Of a stretch of 64,000 bases of DNA, positions 58,167 through 64,000 are shown in pieces. Positions within the stretch are counted from its first letter, which is position 1; each line of letters opens with the position of its first letter. Made by a program: the position numbers and the translations under genes. Origin of the DNA: an uncultured Candidatus Saccharibacteria bacterium (GTDB taxonomy: Bacteria > Patescibacteriota > Saccharimonadia > Saccharimonadales > JAGQNJ01); the NCBI GenBank assembly GCA_964504275.1, contig CAZDDV010000004.1:9908-73907 (forward strand), read 5' to 3'. Below the pieces are notes generated by a model. That model worked only from the letters and a program-made list of their open reading frames with translations. It made no database searches and was not told the origin of the DNA.

Positions 58167-58334
58167 ATGGCATACATATCTCAAAACCAGAAAGACGATG
58201 ATCGTGAATTGACTAAAGAAGAGCTTTCTAACCTAACAGGTTTTTTTGATGTACTTATTCAGATGGACTTGGAGCAAAAACGGAAAGCTAAACATGCAGA
58301 GGAAAAGAAGTTTCAAATCGAGCAAGTTGATTAA
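58167..58334 (+). CDS. Small element-associated protein with motif NLTGFFDVLIQMDLEQK
   Basis: Below the track cutoff. My translation gives MAYISQNQKDDDRELTKEELSNLTGFFDVLIQMDLEQKRKAKHAEEKKFQIEQVD. GGAG RBS. It is homologous to the 2966..3214 product. Confidence 0.6.
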   Translation: MAYISQNQKDDDRELTKEELSNLTGFFDVLIQMDLEQKRKAKHAEEKKFQIEQVD

Positions 58335-58401
58335 GGTTTTTATAACTGTGCTCTAGCTATAAATATACTTCTCAGCACATCGAATTATTTATCCCAGATG
58401 T

Positions 58402-58980
58402 TTAGGAATTAGAGGTATTTGGTGCGTTTAGATTATGCGCCGACGCAGGTGCTCTTTGGCACATATTTATATTGAGGTAATTCAAACTTTCGAAAAATTC
58501 TAGTCGAGATTTCAGATCACTTTCAGCCTCTTCGCGGACTGCCTCGACTTCCGCAATTCGGGTTACATGATTGATTTTATTTGGGAGAAACCCGTTATAG
58601 TGCTGGCCCGTTATGTAGTATGCATGTTTTGCTTTTAGCAACTCAACGTATTGAGGGAGTTGGACTTTGATACCATGAATATACGATGGGTACTTATCAA
58701 CTTCACCTTTCATAGAGTTGTTTTTTAATAACTTGAGCTCAATCGCTATCCTACAACTCTTGTAGATAACGTGAAAATCTAGATAGCCGTTACCTGACCC
58801 TGACTCCGCAATAAACGTAACGTCATCAAAGTGGTCGAAGAACGCTAACCCCATAGCACGAAACTTTCTGCCTATAACGGGCTCTGTCTCAGGTTTTAAC
58901 GGCATCCCTTTCCATGCATCTTTCCAGCCATCCCTCAAGCTGAATTCATCGTCGACGACTTTAAGCAGTTTTTCCACCAT
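58402..58980 (-). CDS. PD-(D/E)xK nuclease-like protein (island cargo); possibly 5'-truncated
   Basis: YLDFHVIYKSCRIAIELKLL gives D...ExK. The frame stays open a further 75 codons upstream (to 59205) with no ATG, GTG or TTG. Confidence 0.5.
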   Translation of the reverse strand: MVEKLLKVVDDEFSLRDGWKDAWKGMPLKPETEPVIGRKFRAMGLAFFDHFDDVTFIAESGSGNGYLDFHVIYKSCRIAIELKLLKNNSMKGEVDKYPSYIHGIKVQLPQYVELLKAKHAYYITGQHYNGFLPNKINHVTRIAEVEAVREEAESDLKSRLEFFESLNYLNINMCQRAPASAHNLNAPNTSNS

Positions 58981-59212
58981 CGCTTTTAATCCATTGCAGT
59001 CTTCAATTGGCTTGAGGTCTAGGTCCTCGTACTCATCAAAGTAATCCGAGAATGTTTTGTCTGCGAGTAAATTGAGGGGATCATCGGCAAAGTCATATGG
59101 ATCTGTCTCTTCCTCTAGAAGTTTGAGATACCGGAAGTGTACAGCTTTTTCTTCTTTGAAGACGTTACGAATTTTTGCGGTACCTTGTACCTTGAAAAGA
59201 AAGGATTAACGG

Positions 59213-59554
59213 ATGAGAATAACTAATGTCGATATGAAAAAACGCTCAGGCACAAGCTTTAAAGGCTTTGTATATGCTACTTATGACCAGCTTCTAGCCT
59301 GCTTTGGAGATCCGGCAATAAATATGGACAACGATAAAACTGATGCAGAGTGGGTAGTTGATACACAGCACGGCGTAGCCACGATCTATAACTACAAAGA
59401 CGGTAAATCATATCTTGGTGATGCTGGGTTGGAAATGTATAAGATTTGCGAATGGCACGTAGGCGGTAAAAATAACGAAAGCTATGATTGGATAAAAACC
59501 CAATTATTTAAACCTATTGGTTTATTGCATGGCTCTGACGAACAAGTGTTATAA
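59213..59554 (+). CDS. Hypothetical small phage-type protein
   Basis: 113-aa ORF with GAAAGGA RBS. The FKGFVYATYDQLLACFGDP...AEWVV...ATIYNYKDG...WHVGG pattern recalls uncharacterised phage proteins. Confidence 0.5.
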   Translation: MRITNVDMKKRSGTSFKGFVYATYDQLLACFGDPAINMDNDKTDAEWVVDTQHGVATIYNYKDGKSYLGDAGLEMYKICEWHVGGKNNESYDWIKTQLFKPIGLLHGSDEQVL

Positions 59555-60437
59555 CGTAAGGTATTTCGTCAAGGTTAGTTAGCGTTACCTCATAGTCACC
59601 ATTACCCCAGTGACCAATATGTACTGGCTTTTCTAGATCCCTCGCGATACCCTGTGGATCAGTTAGTTCGCCTGATTTAACATTCAAGAACAATTTCAAT
59701 TTGTTCTTTTTGAACACAACATCAACAAAATTTCGTGTCATTTTATAGGCAACATACAACTTTTTTGGCTCCTCAGTAATGTTTTGGTCTAGGGCAAGTA
59801 TTTCTTCTTTTAGTGCTTTGAATAATTCTTGCGTATTATTGTCTGCTTGAGCAAGATGCTCTTCAAGCGTGTATGTTTCCTGAAGTTTTCCATGCTTAGC
59901 TGCGTCGCCGTTGCTAAACTTTGGCTTATCTGAAATCTTTACTTTCTGATAGTTCTCTTTATCAAGCACCAACATATCGTCTTCATAGAGCTTATATTTG
60001 TAGAGCTCAATATTAATGGGCAAAAGGTCGGCTGTATCGGCATCGAATTTATTGTAATTTTCGGCTACACAAATAACACGAGGTGCGTTCCATTGAATTG
60101 CAGTCATAACATTCATTTCATTACATAACTTCTCAAAACTATCCTTGTGATCCAATAACCACCGGAGGTAAGACAAGCCCTGGTTAATTACACTGTCATT
60201 TTGGCCTTTTTTGTACTCGATAATACATGGGTTACCCTCCCCGTCGATACCGAGAGTATCCATGCGACCTCCGAAGCTAGTTGAGTATTCATGCGCCAAG
60301 AAGGTTACATTTAGCAATTCATCGAGGTTTTCCTCAAAAATTTTCTGAACTTCTCGCTCAAGCGTCTTCTTGCCATTACTTACTACGACAGGATTTAATC
60401 GAGAGACTTTTTGATTCTTTATCTTAAATAAACTCAT
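59514..60437 (-). CDS. NucS/DUF91-like PD-(D/E)xK nuclease domain fused to a DUF5655-like C-terminal domain
   Basis: GRMDTLGIDGEGNPCIIEYKKGQNDSVINQGLSYLRWL (D..ExK..Q..Y). The C-terminal YVAYKMTRNFVDVV is typical of DUF5655. ATG at 60437 (MSLFKI) preferred. Confidence 0.6.
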   Translation of the reverse strand: MSLFKIKNQKVSRLNPVVVSNGKKTLEREVQKIFEENLDELLNVTFLAHEYSTSFGGRMDTLGIDGEGNPCIIEYKKGQNDSVINQGLSYLRWLLDHKDSFEKLCNEMNVMTAIQWNAPRVICVAENYNKFDADTADLLPINIELYKYKLYEDDMLVLDKENYQKVKISDKPKFSNGDAAKHGKLQETYTLEEHLAQADNNTQELFKALKEEILALDQNITEEPKKLYVAYKMTRNFVDVVFKKNKLKLFLNVKSGELTDPQGIARDLEKPVHIGHWGNGDYEVTLTNLDEIPYVITLVRQSHAINQ

Positions 60438-60501
60438 ATCTGTAATTATACGCATTATGTACTAGCTTAACCAAAAGCATTGCGGTACTGTTGTGCTTGC
60501 C

Positions 60502-61761
60502 ATGGAGTCAATAATAGATACAAAGTACTGCCTATACGCTCGCAAATCTAGTAAGCAAGATGAACGTCAAGCAATGTCGATAGACTCGCAAGTTAAAGAA
60601 ATGCTTACCTTGGCAGAACGTGACGGCCTGAATATAGTAGAGACCAAACATGAAAGTCATTCAGCAAAAGAATCTGGGAAGCGGCCAGTATTCAACGAAC
60701 TTCTAGCTGACTTGAGAAACGGCAAATTCAACGGCGTGCTTACGTGGGCACCCGACAGGCTAAGCAGGAATGCAGGGGATCTAGGATCGTTAGTAGATCT
60801 AATGGACAACAACATGCTTCATCAGATCCGGACGTATGGCCAAAGCTTCAGTAATACTCCGAATGAAAAGTTTTTACTAATGATCCTATGCTCTCAAGCA
60901 AAGCTAGAGAATGACAACAGGGGTGTAAATGTAAAACGCGGAATTAGAGCGAAGTGCGAAATGGGGTGGCGACCATGCATGCCGCCTCTTGGCTACTTCA
61001 CGCGTGCTGCAACTGGTGGTGCTAGAGATGTGATAATTGACGAAGAACGCGCACCCTATATTAAACAGATGTTTGAAATGTCGGCAGACGGTAAAAGTGG
61101 CCGCCACATAAAAAGATGGCTAGAAGACAACAAAGTTCGTACAAGGGGTGACAAGGTCATACCACTTAGTATGATATACCGGATACTTTCTAGCGAATTC
61201 TATTACGGAGAATTCGAATACCCTAAAGGGAGTGGACAGTGGTATAAAGGCAATCACGAGCCGATGGTTATAAAAGAGCTTTTCTTAAGAGCCAGAGAGC
61301 AAGCCAAAGTACCAATTAAAGGCAAATGGGGTGCAAAACAGTTTCCGTTCAAGCAATTTTTGAAATGCTACTCATGCGGATCAACCATAGTCGGCGAAGA
61401 GAAAATCCGGAAATACAAAAACGGAAAAACACATCGTTTTGTTTATTATCACTGCTCTAGACAGGTAGAGCTTAAATGTAAGGAACCATACGCCAGAGAA
61501 AAGGACATTATAGAGTCTCTAAGAACGATGTGTAATGACCTAATAACTGATACTGCTGGGTTAGAACCAGGACTGCAAGATGCAATAGACAAGTTCACTA
61601 GAATGATGAGCGCAACACATAAAGGCTACGGCAAAAAGAACATGATAGGAGGCTATATTAAATATGTGCTGCAGGAAGGCTCAGACTTCGAGAAAACTAG
61701 GCTAGTGAGGAACTTGGATCTTGAGCTTCGTCTACATAACAGAACAGTAAACCGTGTTTAG
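60502..61761 (+). CDS. Large serine recombinase/integrase of the tRNA-Gln island
   Basis: CLYARKSSKQDERQAMSIDSQ (catalytic Ser), WAPDRLSRNAGD, recombinase domain, and zinc ribbon CYSCGS...YYHCS. Confidence 0.9.
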   Translation: MESIIDTKYCLYARKSSKQDERQAMSIDSQVKEMLTLAERDGLNIVETKHESHSAKESGKRPVFNELLADLRNGKFNGVLTWAPDRLSRNAGDLGSLVDLMDNNMLHQIRTYGQSFSNTPNEKFLLMILCSQAKLENDNRGVNVKRGIRAKCEMGWRPCMPPLGYFTRAATGGARDVIIDEERAPYIKQMFEMSADGKSGRHIKRWLEDNKVRTRGDKVIPLSMIYRILSSEFYYGEFEYPKGSGQWYKGNHEPMVIKELFLRAREQAKVPIKGKWGAKQFPFKQFLKCYSCGSTIVGEEKIRKYKNGKTHRFVYYHCSRQVELKCKEPYAREKDIIESLRTMCNDLITDTAGLEPGLQDAIDKFTRMMSATHKGYGKKNMIGGYIKYVLQEGSDFEKTRLVRNLDLELRLHNRTVNRV

Positions 61762-62474
61762 TTCGAAGCTTTTGCAGCTCTTACCATTATTGATTTTTCT
61801 AAGGAGCTATCAAAATCTCCTCGATTATGAACAAAAACGTCCAAATTGCTTTCTAATGAAAGACGGCTCATAACTACATCATCTCTTGAATCAACCTTTA
61901 CCCAAAACTTATACAAACCTGGTAAGTAGGCCTCGTAATAAACGATCCCTTTGATCCGTGTTTTAGCAGGAAACATTATTCCACCCACTTCCTTGCCTGT
62001 GCTAAATTTGCTAAAGATGACTGTGTAGTCATTCGGTTTACCACTTGAGTTTGCGAATATCAACTCACGCATCTTGTTTTCATGCTGAACTCCAAGACTA
62101 ACACCAGAAAATTCACTTCTTGATGTTATTGAAGCTCTCCATAGATATGACACACAGAATAGCTTTAACTTTTTTTGATCTATACCACTTATAGTCCAAC
62201 CTAAGCCTGAAGGATGATTCACAAGCTTGCTGTCTGTTATAAATTTGATGCAATAATCATCATATTCGCCAATTTTATTATCACAATTTGCACAAAGTAT
62301 TCCTGAATCATAAGAACCTACAGGGGCACGGCGTTTTTTATCAAAGTCTGTACCGACAATTAATAAATTGCCGTACTCATCTTTAGACAGTAGCTTCAAT
62401 AGTCCGCGAGGGAATATGTGTGCATCACATTTGTTAGTCGAATCAATAAGTATTCCGCACAGCTTACATTTCAT
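61758..62474 (-). CDS. Hypothetical Cys-cluster (HNH/zinc-finger-like) protein
   Basis: The track ORF extends to 62765 across the tRNA gene. I truncate it to the ATG at 62474 (GAGGA RBS). MKCKLCGILIDSTNKCDAHIFPRGL...CANCDNKIG suggests a zinc/HNH-like N-terminus. Confidence 0.5.
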   Translation of the reverse strand: MKCKLCGILIDSTNKCDAHIFPRGLLKLLSKDEYGNLLIVGTDFDKKRRAPVGSYDSGILCANCDNKIGEYDDYCIKFITDSKLVNHPSGLGWTISGIDQKKLKLFCVSYLWRASITSRSEFSGVSLGVQHENKMRELIFANSSGKPNDYTVIFSKFSTGKEVGGIMFPAKTRIKGIVYYEAYLPGLYKFWVKVDSRDDVVMSRLSLESNLDVFVHNRGDFDSSLEKSIMVRAAKASN

Positions 62475-62533
62475 ATGTGTCCTCGATTTATACCAAAATA
62501 TACACCCCTTCGGGTCATGTTTGGTGCAAGTCG

Positions 62534-62608
62534 TGGCTGGGGCGGTAGGATTCGAACCTACGCATACTGGTACCAGAAACCAGTGCCTTACCACTTGGCG
62601 ACGCCCCA
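62534..62608 (-). tRNA. tRNA-Gln(CTG)
   Basis: The reverse complement reads TGGGGCG-TC-GCCAAGTGGTAAGGC-A-CTGGT-TTCTGGT-ACCAG-TATGC-GTAGG-TTCGAAT-CCTAC-CGCCCCA-G-CCA. U1:A72 and G73 fit Gln identity. Confidence 0.9.
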
Positions 62609-62766
62609 TTGCTGATATGTAACAGGGGAGATTATAGCAAACAATCAATATTGCTGCCAGTACTGCGCATCTATTTGCGGACACAGAATGCTGCGTAAAA
62701 AGCATGTGCTTGCAAAATAATCCAGGACCATTACTATACGTGTAATAATGAATATAAGTAGTCAAA

Positions 62767-63540
62767 ATGACGCGACCTGAAATTACACCAGAAAATTACG
62801 AAGCAATTTACGCGCATTTCCGCGACTTCGAACCGAATCAACGTATTCAGCAACTGGGATTTACTGTGATGCATACGCTGTATCGTAGCGAAATGCACTA
62901 TGTGGGCGATGCAGAAGAAACTATTCCGGCTCATTTGCAGAGCGGGGGAAGTATTCTAATTTCGCCGTATCACCAGTCCTTAGCCGACACACCAACTTTG
63001 GCTGGCATTGGGTGCGAGAAGCCGTTTATCACTTTGAAAGGTACTACGAACATTCCAGCCAAGGCCGAAATGTTTGGTTGGCCGTTAGTGGGAAGATTTG
63101 TTCCGCACATGCGAGCACATCCTACATTCCGCGGTGCAGATTTTGCGCCAGACGACGCCGGTCAGGCGCTTCGCAAAGAAGTTGGCCATGCGGTTGTTGC
63201 ATTAAACATTGATAATATTGACGCGGGTGGAAATGATGCGATGTTTGGGCGGGGCACGCGTGATAAAACTCGCAGTGGTCAGGCTGGTCCACTTCGAAAA
63301 GGTATCGGTCGTATCTCGACTGGTGTTAAAAACCCGGAAAATTTACTGGTGGTCACAGCTGGAATTGCGTATCGTTGGTACCACTTGAGGTTGCGGCCAC
63401 TCGTCGTGATTAATGAGCCGTTTTGTCCTGCTGGTATGACTGTCGAAGAGGTTGTCGAAGAAGCCGAAATACGCACTCAAGAAGCAACAGATTTGGCGTT
63501 TTTATTTGCCGGGCAAGCAAAACGACTAGTTAAACCATAA
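62767..63540 (+). CDS. Lysophospholipid (PlsC-like) acyltransferase
   Basis: The HX4D motif in SPYHQSLADTP and the later GTRD/PLRKG blocks are typical of the 1-acyl-glycerol-3-phosphate acyltransferase family. Confidence 0.65.
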   Translation: MTRPEITPENYEAIYAHFRDFEPNQRIQQLGFTVMHTLYRSEMHYVGDAEETIPAHLQSGGSILISPYHQSLADTPTLAGIGCEKPFITLKGTTNIPAKAEMFGWPLVGRFVPHMRAHPTFRGADFAPDDAGQALRKEVGHAVVALNIDNIDAGGNDAMFGRGTRDKTRSGQAGPLRKGIGRISTGVKNPENLLVVTAGIAYRWYHLRLRPLVVINEPFCPAGMTVEEVVEEAEIRTQEATDLAFLFAGQAKRLVKP

Positions 63541-63578
63541 TGCCCACTAGCCCAAAAGAGCTGTTACAATAAAAGGTA

Positions 63579-64000
63579 ATGATTGAAATACTGCACAGCA
63601 CAGGGCGTGCGCCAACGCCCGTCCGCCAAGAGAGCGCCAAGCCCGGCTCGTGGGTTTACGTTGTCGAACCAACTGACCAAGAGTTGGACCAATTAGTCGC
63701 CGATTACAAACTCGATTTAGATTTGCTAATCGACGCACTGGATATCTACGAAACTCCCCGAGTAGAACGCGATGGCAAAACCACGTACGTGTTCGCGCGC
63801 TACAGTCACCCAGAAGGTCGTGACATTGCCACCGAGCCACTGCTGATTATTTATCAAGACGATTATATTATTACGATCCAGCGGTCCGACACCAAGATTT
63901 TGTCTAGGCTAGCTGACGGCGTCGAACCTATTTCTACCACGCAGCGCACCAAAACATTTTTGCAAATCCTCGGCGCAATAAATTATTCGTACGAAAAAGA
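63579..64000 (+). CDS. CorA-like magnesium/cobalt transporter, N-terminal part (runs off the right edge)
   Basis: Not in the track because it is open-ended. My translation gives MIEILHSTGRAP...SWVYVVEPTDQELDQLVADYKLDLDLLIDALD...TEPLLIIYQDDYIITIQR, resembling the CorA cytoplasmic domain. Confidence 0.55.
   Translation, partial: MIEILHSTGRAPTPVRQESAKPGSWVYVVEPTDQELDQLVADYKLDLDLLIDALDIYETPRVERDGKTTYVFARYSHPEGRDIATEPLLIIYQDDYIITIQRSDTKILSRLADGVEPISTTQRTKTFLQILGAINYSYEK

Larger units (their letters stand above)
56242..62551. mobile_element. Genomic island integrated at the 3' end of tRNA-Gln(CUG), flanked by a 21-bp direct repeat (attL/attR-like)
   Basis: Identical TCGTGGCTGGGGCGGTAGGAT at both ends. 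There is an internal serine recombinase and AT-rich cargo of nuclease-like genes. The flanking genes look core. Confidence 0.7.

Noticed and set aside
62475-62765. N-terminal 97 codons of track ORF 61758..62765
   Set aside because: This part is translated straight through the tRNA-Gln gene and its promoter region. An internal ATG with a GAGGA RBS gives a sensible protein start.

Overview
The window looks like a small-genome, AT-leaning bacterium. Gene content suggests Patescibacteria/CPR, possibly Saccharibacteria-like, but this is inference only. All homology calls rest on motifs I recognise by eye; no searches were run. Layout: (1) 1-18.7 kb is an accessory block with two large serine recombinases (one truncated at the edge), a Rep-like/SpoVG-like module, a tightly coupled ten-gene operon of small-molecule enzymes (three kinases, Nudix, SDR, TylM1-like methyltransferase, Ldh_2, S51 peptidase), and a defence cluster (Shedu-like DUF4263 nuclease, EcoRI-family methyltransferase fused in an operon to a DUF262-HNH nuclease). 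(2) 19-46.8 kb is core: trxA, tRNA-Cys/Leu, lemA, htpX, ligA, tRNA-Ala, a Mur-ligase/DegT/FemAB envelope operon, leuS, rpmF (missing from the ORF track), nusB, rnc, a eukaryote-type guaA, rpsP-KH-trmD, sodC, lepB. (3) 46.9-53.9 kb is a stand-alone locus of three paralogous tail-fibre-like genes with SGNH esterase cores; one appears frameshifted. (4) 56.2-62.6 kb is a 6.3-kb island integrated at the 3' end of tRNA-Gln, bounded by a perfect 21-bp direct repeat. It carries a serine recombinase and nuclease-rich cargo (three PD-(D/E)xK-like proteins and a zinc-ribbon/FtsK-gamma protein) that I cannot assign to any named defence system; this is my best candidate for an undescribed system. No rRNA, CRISPR array or reverse transcriptase was seen.
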